DNA from: Chrysomallon squamiferum
Lineage: Eukaryota > Animalia > Mollusca
Direction: 5' to 3'
DNA: 64,000 nucleotides
Assembly (NCBI GenBank): GCA_012295275.1
Contig: CM022665.1
Coordinates: 1,240,001-1,304,000, forward strand
Part shown: positions 1 through 20,641 of the stretch, piece by piece
How the letters are laid out: every line of letters starts with the position of its first letter
Position numbering within the stretch: position 1 is the first letter of the stretch
The notes under the pieces: model-generated
Told to the model about the DNA's origin: nothing
Seen by the model: the letters and a program-made list of their open reading frames with translations, nothing else
The model's database searches: none
Program-made: the position numbers and the translations under genes

Positions 1-1091
1 TAATAAAACACCGGTCTTGATAAATGGAATGTCAATGCAAACTAGCATTATTTCTCCAAAAACAACTACCTGAACAATTGCGTCACGTGGTTTACCTGTC
101 CCCCCCTGGCACCTGTCTCTATCTACGAAGCTAACTTATCATTAAATACCGTAAAGAACAGAACGAATCCGTAGCTGTTCACCACATCCCAGTTCCCTAG
201 TCCTCCATTGGCTGGCCGAAACTTCAAAGAATGTTGACATAATCGAAACAGCCGTAAACACACCTGTCTAAAAATTGTGCTAAACTGAAAGCTACGATGA
301 AAACATTTTCATGTGTCCACTAGCTTTGGCTGGTAAGCAAGATGGACTACTGCCAGCCGCGGTTAGCTTTCACTATCGCTTACTGATTATGGTCGAGTGT
401 CCAAAATACGATTTTGTGTTTATCTTCCTTTATTCCTCTCCATTATGTACCTTCAGTGTTATAAATGAGTCTGTTAAATTAATCATTCGATATTTCTCCT
501 AACTCTTCTTATGTAAACCAATATGTTGTTGTTGTTTTGTTTTGCTTTTTTTTAATATACTTTCTTCTTTCTTTTTTTTTTTTTTTTTTCATTGAAACAG
601 CTTTTTCTTTCTTCGTCTTATTCTCCCTTACGGATTCCTTGTTTTTTCTGGGGGTTTTTGTACATTTTCGTATTGTCGGTATACATCAAAAGAAGTAACT
701 AAAGACATTTTTACAATGCCAGGCTATCGCAAAGTGTGTAATTCATGCCAAAACCATAAGTGATGAACAAGAATATTTCCCCTTCTACGTACGCTGTAAA
801 ACACCGCTACTGGAAGCCGTTCTACGAGAGAAGCGAGACGCTCTGTGTTGCACGCTATTTGACCAATGCTTTATCGCCATATCCAATTATTCCCGTGTCA
901 GTTTTGTCTTTTTGATGTTTTATAAACTGTATTTCTTTCAAAGGAATCAAAGGTAATACTACTATTATTATTAAGCACCAAGAACTTACACATATTTAAC
1001 AGCAGACACAGAAAATCAGGCAATAAAAAAGATAGACAGTATGATAAGCAAACAGATACCTAGGTAGTTAATTCAGACACATATGATAAAT

Positions 1092-1596
1092 AGGCAGGCA
1101 GACAGGCAGACAAAAAGTCAGGCAGACAGACAGATAGGCAGGCAGGCAGACAAAAAGTCAGGCAGACAGATAGGCAGGCAGATAGGCAGGCAGACAGGCA
1201 GGCAGGAAGACAGACAGGCAGACAGGCAGGCGGGCAGGCAGGAAGACAGACAGACAGACAGGCAGGCGGGCAGGCAGGAAGACAGACAGACAGACAAGCA
1301 GGCAGGCAGGCAGGCAGACAGGCAGGCAGACAGGCAGGTAGGAAGACAGGCAGGCAGGCAGGTAGGAAGACAGACAGGCAGGCAGGCAGGCAGGCAGGCA
1401 GGAAGACAGACAGACAAACAGACAGGCAGGTAGGAAGACAGACAGACAGACAAGCAGACAGACAGACAGGCAGGCAGGAAGACAGACGGACAGACAGGCA
1501 GGCAGGCAGGCAGGCAGGTAGGAAGACAGACAGACAGGCAGGCAGGTAGGAAGACAGACAGACAGACAAGCAGACAGACAGACAGGCAGGCAGACG
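1092..1596. repeat. Compound (CAGA/CAGG)n tetranucleotide microsatellite
   Basis: Directly visible; it explains three spurious ORFs. Confidence 0.95.
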
Positions 1597-1906
1597 GTTC
1601 ACAGTAGATATGCGGAGAGAGAGAAAATGCTAGTCATAAACGTACCTTACATCATACCTTAATTTAACACAGACCTGTCTGTGTAAACAAGTCTGTCTTC
1701 AGTAACTTTTTTCACTGACTTTGCTATTTTATTGTAGAAAAAAGAATTATTAAGAAAAGAAAGAAAGAATGAAAGAAAGAAAGAAGGGAGAAAGGAAAGA
1801 ATGAAAGAAAGAAAGAAAAAAGAAAAAGGAAAACGTCAAAGCAAATAAAGTGTCATGTTTGGATTTGAAGCTGAATTTTTAAATGTTATTTTTTTTTCTT
1901 CTTCTT

Positions 1907-1937
<31 letters not shown>

Positions 1938-2196
1938 TTATTATTATTATTATTATTTTAAGTAGATAACTTTCTAAAATTTCTTTTCGCTGTTGAGTAG
2001 CACTTCGGTAGAACGTAGAGTAAAAACAGATAACTTACATCATTATTGTTCGATTAAATTATAATCTATATGTATTTATATCTGTTTCCTTTCTTCTTTG
2101 TAAATATTTCCTTTCAAACAGAACAAAAAACGATAAAGAAAAGAACAGAAAAGACATAGCTATAAAAAGTTTTTGTTTTCTTTCTTCAAACGCACG

Positions 2197-2753
2197 CATT
2201 TAATATATAGAGTTTAGATAAAACCTCTCTTCCTTTTCCATTGCAAAATCGGTGCTTCTAGTCGGTAGAAATACTATAATTTACCTAACATTATCAAAAT
2301 AGCTTTTCTGTGAATTCTGTAAAATCTGTATATTACAACGAGTTCATTTCTCAAAAAAGAACAAGAACAAGAACAAATAAATAAATAAATAAATAGATTC
2401 TTTTTCCATTTTTGTCTTTATTGTGCTTTTAACTATTTCATTCTACCAAGTGTGGGAGAAAGAAAGAAAGAAAAAAAGGAAGAAAGAAAAATGATGAAAC
2501 TGGAAATGGTACAGGCCAAAGGTGTGACGTTTTCGTGTGCTATTGTTTATTCAAGTCTTATCACAAAATCCAACTCTGTGTATGTCTTTTCTTTCCTAAG
2601 CCTGTACATCGCGCAATAATCTTCTTCAAAGAAAGGTTGTTGGTACATTTTCTCAGTGGATTATCACAGAAAGCGTTCCTTCTGTCGACCATTAGCCCCG
2701 ACTTTGCAATGGAAATGGAAGAGAGGTTTTATCTAAACTGTATATATTAAATG
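2197..2753. repeat. Inverted repeat (foldback) with arms of about 56 bp
   Basis: 2197-2252 CATTTAATATATAGAGTTTAGATAAAACCTCTCTTCCTTTTCCATTGCAAAATCGG is the reverse complement of about 2698-2753 with roughly 3 mismatches. Degenerate similarity continues inward. Confidence 0.85.
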
Positions 2754-5405
2754 TTAAGTCAAATATTGTTGCCTGTTTTCTCTTCTCTTTGATCGTATGC
2801 CAACCCACAAAGACGTGAAGAGAAAGACGCTGTACGCGGAGATGTGGACAGAGCATTCCTCTGCCGACGAGACTGATAACGATTCTGCGCCGCAAGAAAC
2901 CGAAAGTACTGAGTCACTATTTTATATAAATTTACTGTAAGTTCTTTTCGTTTCCCGTTTGTTTTATTGAAAGGTATGTGTTTGTTATGTGTGCTTGATA
3001 AAGAGAGAGAACGTGTGCGTGAAAGAAAGAGAGCCCACTTAACCTCAGATAAGTAAAACAATTTTTAAAAAGCCTTTCAAAAATAATAAATCATTTAATT
3101 AATTAATTAATAATTTAAAATCACTTATAGTCAAAACGGTTTTCAATTAAACATAATATCACGAGAATTCTGTTATTCTGTAAATTTGCTATTCAGTCAA
3201 AAGAAAATATTTTGTGCGTTATAATGTTCCGTTATATTTTGAAGCATGTAAAGCAAATTTATATTCTTCTGGTATATGAGACATGTAAATAATTATATAC
3301 AACATACACTTGTTTCTTTCATATGCTTGACTCCATTTTAATACACTTTTAAAACCTTTTTATTGTCTTTTTCAGATTGTGAACAAAGAAAGAATTCTAC
3401 AATTCAAAGAGGATCAAAGTCAGGTGGCTGTTCGTGCTTTGGTGTTTGGTCCAACCTGTTCGTAGTTGCACGTTGCGTATTTATAACAGAGACAAAAGTA
3501 TACACAAGAACATGCTTTGCGTTCCGGTCGTTTTCCTCGAATTGTCTGAATTTGTCAAATAAGTCGGATAAAAGCTTGAATGTTACTATTGTTGAAAAAT
3601 ATATAAAACAGAACCTACACACTGATTGAAAGCTTCTGCAGGATTTGTAATAAGCGCAAACATTCGCAGATAGTTTTAAAACCCTTTTATCAGCAGCACT
3701 GTCGAAAATAAAAAACATATTTATCCATGACTGGCAAACAGGTTCTTTGATTAGACTCGGAAATATTCGACTAGTTTCATAATGATATACACGTTGAGGA
3801 TTGTTTTTCAAAATCTTTTTACCCATTTAGTGACTTTCTTTCTTTCTTTGTTTCTTTCTTTAAAATGTTATTATTGTTGTTGTTTATAAATAGTAATATT
3901 TGTAAAGAAAAATGTGTTCTTTTTGTTTGTATCAGTTACAACCATACCCCAAATATAATAAGGTAATTAATTAATTAATTAACTGACTTGAATAACCTTG
4001 CGCTTTTCTAACTACAAAGCATCTTCCCAGTAATATAAAACAGTTCTGGTTATTTTCAAAATCATTTAGCTTTTATTTGAAGCGTTAAGGCTATGACTAT
4101 AACTTTATAGCTACATGTTTTTTTTAACTGTTTTGTTTTGTGCATATAATTCATAGTTTATCAAAATAATTATCAATATTATTAATAGTACTGTTATTGT
4201 TGTTGTTGTCGTCGTCATGGTTTCATAACTAAACAGTCTGAAGCCTGGTGGTTCAGTAACTCAGTTTCCTCTTCTTGTAACTGCTCGTCAGACAAAATAC
4301 ACTTGGTTTTCTTCTTATAAAAGCGTGTATATTGTTGCTAATATTACATATTACATGAGTTAACGAAAGCTGTTTTGTTGTTGTTGTTATTATTTTGTAT
4401 GTGTGGGGTTTTTTTTTTCGTTTTTATCACAGATATTCATTTTCACCAACAGCTTATCTCTGACAGGTTGTAATCATTAATATTAAAATTTACTGAGGAA
4501 CATTAATATATAATTGTTCATTAATTCATTTTGAAAGTTACATAATTTTTTTCAAAGCATTTCAAACGGTGCGTGTTGACATGTAAATGTCTAGCTGCTC
4601 AAACTGTATGAATCTTAAATGCAGAAAAAATAAAGAAAAACAAAACATAAAACAAAACGTTTTGAAAAAGTAGCTAATTTTTTCTACTTTGAAAAAAAAA
4701 AAAATTAAAAGACATTACGTCATATCAACTGATCATTCCAGAGAACGGTGTTAACAGCGAAGTGTTCGGCATCAGCTGTTCATTTCAGTTTTTATCAGGT
4801 TCGTTATATCAACTGAAAATAATTTTATAACAAAATGTTTATTTAAAACAGAACCATAAACAAATTATGTTTACTGTAATTGAAATTTACACATCTAAAC
4901 TCGCTCTTAACTTGCTTAAAAAGATTAAGTCAGTTGATTAACTTTAATAAAACGGTTACTTCATAATTATAGCATTAAAAAAAAGTAAGTTGAGGAGTAT
5001 TCTGCAATAAATGTCAGCTAAAAACACATTATAACTGCAGAACTGCAAAATGAAATTTACATTGTTATAAATATTCTTCACGTATCGTGCCAATAAATGA
5101 ATAAATTTAAAATAACACTGAATTGATTGAAAATGCCGAAAGGTCTCCCTTGAAAAAAGGTCTGGCCAAATAATTCTAATCTAATGAGTAAGTCATAGGC
5201 CGAAATTGCCTAGACCAAAACGCTTCCGTTTACACATTTTATATATGATGAACTGACGAAAGAAAAAAAAAGAAAAGAGATCTAGCGGAATTGTTTTCAA
5301 TGGCTGAAAGCGAAAAAGAAGGTAAATGATTGAAAATGACTTTTAATTTGCTTTTTTTTTTTTTTCTCATATATATATAAAGCTGAGACTAGATAATTTC
5401 TTTTC

Positions 5406-5445
<40 letters not shown>

Positions 5446-6023
5446 TTTTTTTTTTTTTTTTTCATCAATAATGTTATAAATGTTATAACTGCAAAGACTG
5501 TCTTAAAACCATTCAGCAAGTAAATAATAAAACTTGCTTAAAGGCTGTGGACTATAAGAAAACAAGTATTTCAAGTCTTTAATATAAGTATTTTTCAGTT
5601 ACGGTTGTATACAGTCGTCACTGTAAGCCACATGGTTAGCATTGCGAAAGGGCGCTGCTTGTTCCTTGTTTATTGTTGGTGAAAACACAACTATTGATTC
5701 AGCTTACAAAGCTGATCGGACACCCCATTAGATCGCACAATTTTAGTCTCGTGTAAGCAATGGAAAATGTCAAGACAAAATCTGCTTCCAACAAAAGAAC
5801 TGCTTGTTGTTCTAGTAATCAACGAAATGATAACGTGCAGTCCATAATTGTCGTAATGTGTAAATATATTGAAAAACGTTGATGGTGGTTAACCTTTAGA
5901 CCATAGGGCGGGCCGGATAATTTTCGGATTGTTATTCTAGCACATTTGGTCTTCAACAACAGATATGTTTATTTTGTAATGTAATACGTTTTATATAGTT
6001 TTCGGCTGTGTTAGAGGTATGTT

Positions 6024-6141
<118 letters not shown>

Positions 6142-6416
6142 ATTCATGTTGTACGTTCAGTTTCAGATGTGGATTAAAAAGTATTGTATCTTTTTTCAGA
6201 AGGAAATATGAAAAGTATGAAATGAGTTGTACAATAAATTTAAAGAATCAGGTTTGCATATGTATAAAATAAAGTACTGGAGTCCTTGTCTCTTTTTTTT
6301 AATTATTATTATTATTATTTTTTTTTTTTTACAACTGTGCATGCGTGCAGAATATGAGTCCTTTTGATTCATAAAACAACCCGGTTTTAATGCATTGCGT
6401 TCTCCAGCCAGACTGT

Positions 6417-6966
6417 GGAACTCTCTGTATTATTTCACACTGACGGAACTCTCTGTATTATTTCACACTGACGGAACTCTCTGTATTATTTCACACTGAC
6501 GGAACTCTCTGTATTATTTCACACTGACGGAACTCTGTATTATTTCACACTGACGGAACTGTCTATATTATTTCACACTGACGGAACTGTCTATATTATT
6601 TCACACTGACGGAACTGTCTATATTATTTCACACTGACGGAACTGTCTATATTATTTCACACTGACGGAACTGTCTATATTATTTCACACTGACGGAACT
6701 TTCTATATTATTTCACACTGACGGAACTCTCTGTATTATTTCACACTGACGGAACTGTCTATATTATTTCACACTGACGGAACTGTCTATATTATTTCAC
6801 ACTGACGGAACTCTCTGTATTATTTCACACTGACGGAACTCTCTGTATTATTTCACACTGACGGAACTGTCTATATTATTTCACACTGACGGAACTGTCT
6901 ATATTATTTCACACTGACGGAACTTTCTATATTATTTCACACTGACGGAACTCTCTGTATTATTTC
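6417..6966. repeat. 28-bp minisatellite, about 19-20 copies
   Basis: Unit GGAACT(C/G/T)TCT(G/A)TATTATTTCACACTGAC, head to tail with no spacers. Confidence 0.97.
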
Positions 6967-9087
6967 GCGGAGACAACTCGTCCTCGGGTGTTGTCCGTTT
7001 TCGGTCTTTTCAACGAGCTCACCTGTCCGCGTAATGAGATTTCCCTTTACAAAATGATATTTGATTTTCGGCAACTATCAAAGGACGGAGGAAGATCGTT
7101 GCACTAATTTTTCACGGAGCATATTTACTTCAAGGGTACACTTGAAACGTTAGAGTTTTGTCGAACATTTGACAAATGACTGTGCGATTGTGAAAATCGT
7201 CTTATTTGGCTGTTTGTAAAACCATAAACGTTTCAGTACAAAAGGTTATTTCTTTAACATAAACATGCTTAGCGTCTCATGAGATCAAAAGTTTGTATAA
7301 ACGTGTTTGAATCAATCCCTTTTCTGTTTTTATTTTTTATCCAAATATATATATTTCAGAGCCTCAAAGAAACTTTAAATTTTACTACTTGCGCGTTTGA
7401 TATTCTTTTCCTGCAGTACACACTCACGTACAAACTCTTATATACTTGTGTATTTACATAACAATATATACTAAATCATTCTCTCAGAAACCCGTGTGTA
7501 TTTTTAATGACAGCACTCAAGAGCTCATTCATTAATACTGGCTACTGTCGAACAAATCATTTTGTATTTTAACTTAACTTTTGCGAGAAAATCCGCTAGG
7601 CCTACATTTTTTAAATCGGCTCATTTCCCACAGACAGGAAAACACACACCGGAGTTTTTGAAATCCAGTCAAGGTGGAAATGAAAAACATGCTACATTGC
7701 TGGCGCGATCCAGTCTCCGACACATTAAGCGAGTGACCATCTTCTAACCACAAAGAGCACTCAGTGTAGATATCAAACATAATAAAACGCATCTTCATAT
7801 TCATTAAAAAATATATATTTATTTATAGTTCTCTAAGATGTCATATTAAAATATAAAACAGAAATAATTTTGTTTTAAAATGTTAAATAGGTTTGTCAAG
7901 CAAGAGAAACGCGATGAGAATTAAAGTATCGGTTTATTTTCTAATTATTGGCATTGCTTATCTGGAGCACAAGAATCACGAAGCACGTGATTGTTATAGG
8001 AATTCCAAGATCGCGAAAAAAAGCAGGCTGTTTATCTGTACAAGATGCCACGGTGCAGTTGTGTGGGAGGGGGAACAAACACGACGAATACTTCTCTCCT
8101 ATATGCATATAAACTCGATGGGAAGCGGGGAAGGAACACAACGTTCTTTGATTAACGTGTGCAGGATGGTTCGAACACGCCAGGAACAAATTCCTGTCAG
8201 AGTGTGCTGGAACTCGTTGAGAGCAATCAATTGGCGAGATTCTTTCTCATTCAAATGGTACACAAAGATTCGATCAAAGCAAGCATTAGAAGAAACTAAC
8301 AAACTAATTAAAGTAATAAATATTTGTGTTTACCTGATCCCATAGTTCGAATGCCTTTCGTCCCAAGATATTTTTTTCTAATCAAATAGAAATGTCGTGT
8401 ATTCTACTGTTACATGTACTATAAAAACATGCAGTTGGTGTAAGCTTATGTTTAGCTGTTCCAGTTTCTATCTGAAAATTAACTGTTATAGATAATTTAC
8501 TAAATTTGAGAGGATGAAATGACTGAAAATCAAAATTTCACAAGCATAGAGTCATGAAAAATACACAAATATAAACAATAAAATTAAATAAAATATCATT
8601 CTCTCACTCAGTTATAAACTAACTTCTTTAACAGATTTACTTTGTCTTCAAAATTAGAACAGCTAAAAATTACTAATGAATTGTTGCTTAATTACAACGA
8701 ATTTCGACAATATTTTCTTCAAAAGATAACACCAAGATAATTTATTATCGAAAACCGGCTAATGCATTCAAATCGTGACCCGCCATTCGCTTTCATAATG
8801 GGTGCCTACCAGTAGCAAATCTGTCTTATTGATTAAATTCTGTCAATAGACTTTTTTTTTTTTCTTTCTTGAACAGGACATCAAATGCCCGTTTCGTTAT
8901 TTGATACACCTGTGAATATTTTACAGGTATATTAAATTTCAAACCACTAGCACCTGGTTATAATCCGATCAACACTCGACCTTGCGGTTGTCGAGTGCCT
9001 AACAGGCAAAACTCACATTTTCTCGAAACCCGATACAACTTTAAGCTTAAAATATTGTTCACAAAAGTATTCTTTGATCTCAGTCGC

Positions 9088-9123
<36 letters not shown>

Positions 9124-9864
9124 CAGATTTGGAAAACCATAGAACGTTATAGTGAATTCAAAAGGCTACAATGCCGGTTATTTCGCTTCGACCCTTTCTG
9201 CAAAAACCCTGATTAACTGTTTCGTGTATTTGTCAAAGACCCTAGAACACGCGGCGGTATTCTCTTCACTACGAGTTACGTATCGGCTTTCTATGATCGG
9301 TCGCTTTCATGTCAAGATCAAACACTTTATTAAAGCCAGGTAGCGTACGTACGCGGGACGCGAGAACACAGCCCTCGACTGCCTCGTTTTGATTAATATT
9401 TGGTTATTCTATGAAGCAAGTAGTGAAGAGATTGGGTTTTAACCCGATAGGTATAGAGATCGCTTCTTTGCACTAGATATGTGAAACTATTCTGTTATAA
9501 ACTAATGTGGACCTTTGATTAAAGTATAAATATTGTATTAATACTCAAGATTATATTTGTATAATTCATCGCATAATTTAGCTATTAGGAATTTTAATTT
9601 TTTTTTATTTATTTTATCATTTTATTATTTTACGTTTAAATTAAGCACGCATTATCCTTTTGCTTTTCCTTCAGTTGATATCCAACTAAAAACTTGTCAT
9701 TATTTTTCTCTAGTGTCTTCAGTTATTTAGATTTTCTGAGCTATATAATCGTCTTTGTTATGCTCAGCAAGATGATCTTATTGTGTCGTTTTATAAAAAT
9801 ATCCACAAACGTATTACATAACATTTCAAAGAATTAAAAAAATAAAATAAAAAATAAATAAATA

Positions 9865-9865
<1 letters not shown>

Positions 9866-9933
<68 letters not shown>
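9866..9933. repeat. (AAT)n microsatellite
   Basis: Directly visible; many similar AAT/ATT tracts occur elsewhere in the window. Confidence 0.95.
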
Positions 9934-9934
<1 letters not shown>

Positions 9935-10241
9935 GAATACTGATGCAAAGAAATCTGAATATACAAAAACATTTTTTTTTTGTTTTTTACATTTCAGAAT
10001 TATTTTTAAACACTTTTAAAGCAACTTTGAATACATTACTTTTTAACCAATTCTTCTTAAAAATAAATAAATAAATAAATAAATAATAATAAAGATTAAA
10101 AAACCCACAAAAAACCTCGCATATACTTTTAGACTGCGCACGGTTAATATTCAAGGGAGACAAATACTTTCGATATTACTTTCAGACAAACACTCTCCCT
10201 TAGAACAATTCATTTCAAATGCATTGTTTTATATTTTGGGG

Positions 10242-10273
<32 letters not shown>

Positions 10274-10306
10274 CTGTAGATAAATAATAAAAGCAAAGTA
10301 CAATAT

Positions 10307-10312
10307 TTTATT
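10307..10312 (-). terminator. Candidate CPOX polyadenylation signal (AATAAA)
   Basis: AATAAA on the minus strand followed by a T-rich tract, at the edge of the CpG-depleted CPOX block. It implies a 3' UTR of about 1.7 kb. Other AATAAA hexamers exist nearby. Confidence 0.4.
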
Positions 10313-11989
10313 GAAATAAAGCCTATTAATATACAACATACTACTGCCCAAAATACATTGCTATTATAATTTATATATAAAATTTTATATTAAAATGAAA
10401 GAAGAAAAAAAAAAAAAAAAAAAAAAAATTACCAGTATTATTAAAATAATGAGAAGTTATTTTTAAAATACATAAATAAATAAAAAATACAAAAGAAAAA
10501 ATAATTGTCTAAGAATTTAAGTTATAAATAGTACATCCTAGTGGCTAGGCACTTTTTCACTTGAAAAAACCCAAAACAAAAAAAAACAAAACCCCCAAAA
10601 CCCCACTAATAATAATAATAATAATAATAAAAAAGAAAGAAAGAACAAAAAAAGTAATACTGACCAAATTTTTGAATAAGCTTCAATTTCATGTGTACTA
10701 CTGGTCAAACATTATTTTTGAGTTAATTCAAGTTAAAACTGAACAAAAATGCCAAACAAATAAACTGTTGAGTATTAAAACACAAAATACTGTAATAAAA
10801 AGTAAATGTAAAGCATAAAAGCACTGTTACAAAGTGAGCGCAATAATAACACCTAAATTGCCAAAGTTATTAAATATGGATATAAATATTTCTAAACTAT
10901 AACATACTGATAAACCCTTTCTGTTACAAATGCTAAAACACGTTTTAAAAATAATATTCACTTAACACATTTACGTATATATATGATAATATGTTGGTAT
11001 CTGCATACATCTACAGGTACTTAGAATCAACAATACAATTTTTCATTCCATGATTTAATGAACTATAAAAATTGCAAAGTTTAGAATTATCCTTTAATTT
11101 TTACTGGTTATTGAGATATTCTAAGATATTTATTAACAGTGTTCATGGAATGAGGTTCAAAACAATACTTTTAACAATGATACTGAAACAAATAAAGCAT
11201 AGTTTCTGTAATAATATTATCAAACAAGTGAGAATTTAAGACATCATTAATTCACATGCCTTCTTACTTCAAAATATGATTTTTATCTCTTTCACACTCA
11301 CACAACAGGTATGAAAATACAGAAAAACAAGTTACTCAGAATGAATTTAATGAAGATATGCTTTAGATGTCTGGTCATTCACTGGTTTCTGGTTTAATAT
11401 AAAATTGTAGAATACACTATTAATATTTCAGTGAACAAAATTTTTTTTAAAAATAAGTGATAATTTCTGAAAATATTATATTTTACTTGTTTTCTTAATT
11501 GTTGTCTGTATGCTTGTGTTTCAATTACAGGAATGGAAAGACATTATTATTATCTTATTCTGCATGTAAACTTGAATTTCAACACTGATCAACAGTAAAA
11601 AAACAATAACATACAAAAGCTTTAGAAAAAATGCAGATTCAGCATATACAATTAATGTGCAACTAGCAGAATTGAAAATGGTCATGATATATATGAAATT
11701 CATATCTCCATAACTGTACGTACCAAATGAAAAGAAAAACAGAAGCTAAATAAGAAAGTGAATACACATTTAAAAGTTAATATGTTTATAAAATGATATA
11801 AGGCACATTTTGTCACATTAACTTGATTAAAATCCTTGATCCTAATGTAGGATATTTGATCAAATTTCACAATACTTCAAAATGGCTAGTTGTCATGTGC
11901 ATAAAGCTTTAAACTTTCCCTTTGTCATAAGTTCCAGTTTTATTTTGATTGCTGAAAAACATACATCAGTATTTTACACATGCTATATG

Positions 11990-18426
<6,437 letters not shown>

Positions 18427-19816
18427 GTTGATACTCTCAACTCTACAATGTCCACAAACACAAGTTTAATTATTATGATTATAGTATCAAGTTAATGAAT
18501 TATTAAAATGATATCAACATAAAAAAAAGCTAATTGTGATTTTCATCAAATTCTGAATTCCATATTCAAGTCATTTAGTTCCCCACTTACTTTAAAGTAT
18601 TTAAACATACATGAAACAACTGATAAACCCTATATAAACATCAATAACTGCATCCATACAGTACCTTTTCATTTTTCTTTTTTTAAATAAAGAATGCATA
18701 CATACAAACAGATATATAAAATAGATAAACACTGACACACACATCTGGTTCCAAAATGTTAACTTAGCTGTGATAAAGTAGCTGACATGAACTGTACACA
18801 CAGTAGAACTAATAACACTGTCTCTGTTTTATAATAATTCATTCTAAAATTAAATAATTCATGTATTACCTTTTAAGCACAGACTATTTTCTCTATAATT
18901 CTATTATGAAAAATGCAGCTTGTTTTATCTGCAGAGCTGATATATAACAGTTCGCACAGAAAATATATACTTTTAATGTAATATTATCTTACATTTACCC
19001 TTAACATTATTAAGCATCCTAAAACAAAAGAACATTGTCCCAAAAACAGAGCATTTGCAATAAACAATGTAAATACTGCTATTGTTATAGACTGGATCAT
19101 TTAGCCTTTTAGGTTATATTTTATTTGAAAAACAATAGTGAGCCTGTTAGGCAGAAGCTTGGCATATCACATCCATTAAAGGTTCTGCCATAGCAAACAA
19201 TTTGAAATGCTTGGTTGTCTGCCCATGATTGTGTTAATGATTTAAACTGTTAAAATGTTAGTTAAAGAAGAGTGCATTGTCTGATGCCTCCTAATTATGA
19301 GCGCTGAAATGCAGTCCCAGGTTTAATCCCTGTCTTCTGTCACATTATATACAAAATGTGTTGAATCAAATGGAAAATGTCTGATAATGCATAGATATTA
19401 AATCGATAATACTCATTAAAAGGTCTAAATATTTCCAAGTTGGTATCGTATCCTTTCAATGTGAATGATGATCTCAAACATGCATGCGTTTAAAAATAAA
19501 ATAATGAAATGCTATCTTTATGTGAACTACAGCAATTTATTATGAGTACATTAAAATAATTAATTATTAATTGAAATTTGCATGTTTATTATTTGACTGA
19601 ATTATTAAAAAAAAAAATGATTTAAAAAAAAAAAAAAAAGAGTAATAAATAAAATCTGCTGTGTAGTAGTATTATGTGAACAATGTAAACTGGTCAAATC
19701 AACACTACTTACTATAGTAGTAGTAGTACTGTAGCACGTGGTGGATGTACATTATTCGTTCGAACTCGGGACAAAAACTTACTGATATATTAACCAGTTC
19801 ACAAATTATGACTTAC

Positions 19817-20200
19817 CTTTACGTTGATGAAAAATGTTAGTACTTTGCTGGCTGCTCAATGGACGTGTCGCAAGACCGCGTTCTGGTTTGGGTCTCAAGT
19901 CGGTGCTTTTCGTCACGTATCTCCAACTATAAACTGAATAATCATTTACAAATACGGATAAGAAAAAATGGAATTAGAAGTAGTTTCCGGTAGGTTCACA
20001 AATCAGTAAAAGATGCCAACCTGGCATGGAATTAAACCAAAGGCATATGCAACATTGTCGATATAATGTATAATTCAAAACTCAACTAATGTCGATTTGT
20101 CGTTGGAAAAGAAATATTGTCCGCGAAGAAGCAACGTGCAAGTATGCATGTCATAACCTTTCACCTTAACGTTTTTTTATATTAACCAATCAAAATTTAG
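19817..20200 (-). promoter_or_regulatory. Probable CPOX non-coding first exon and promoter
   Basis: Consensus donor AAG|gtaagt at 19817/19816 pairs with the acceptor at 18443 just upstream of the ATG. The segment is CpG-rich, with an ETS-like TTCCGG near 19985 and CCAAT near 20186. The upstream boundary is approximate. Confidence 0.6.
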
Positions 20201-20274
20201 TTTACAAAATAACCGGTCTGTATGAATGACATTTGATGTGTATCGTTTGTCACTCATAAACACATAAAAAAAAA

Positions 20275-20305
<31 letters not shown>

Positions 20306-20601
20306 AAGAAAAAATAGAACAAGAAAAGAAATAGTTTGTTTGAATGTGTATGTGTGTGTGTGTGTGTGTATATATATAGAATATATGCATGTATATGTAT
20401 ATATGTATGTATTTTTTATTTTATTTTATTGTTTAACTTTATTAAAACTGAATCATAAATAACATGTTGAATTACATATAAAATTATAAATAATTTTTTT
20501 TCCACACTGTTATATTTCCAGGGACTGATTATAGGAGTTTTCCTAATTGCACAGACCCCTCCCCCCATCACCGGGTAATAAATCAATAAATAAATAAATG
20601 A

Positions 20602-20641
<40 letters not shown>

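Noticed and set aside
1060-1602. Three ORFs of 111-180 aa
   Set aside because: Translations of the CAGA/CAGG microsatellite.
3404-3826. 140-aa minus-strand ORF
   Set aside because: No recognisable domain or supporting splice context; cannot be told from chance without a search.
6417-6966. CRISPR array or RSS-like array (28-bp unit containing CACACTG)
   Set aside because: The units are contiguous with no unique spacers, there are no cas genes and the context is eukaryotic. No nonamer lies 12 or 23 bp from the heptamer-like word.
7893-8345. 150-aa ORF in a GC-richer patch
   Set aside because: Non-ATG start, no motif, and overlapping ORFs on both strands; possibly an unidentified repeat.
19732-19770. 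tRNA or SINE-like A box and B box (TAGCACGTGG...GTTCGAACTC)
   Set aside because: The spacing is too short and no cloverleaf can be built.
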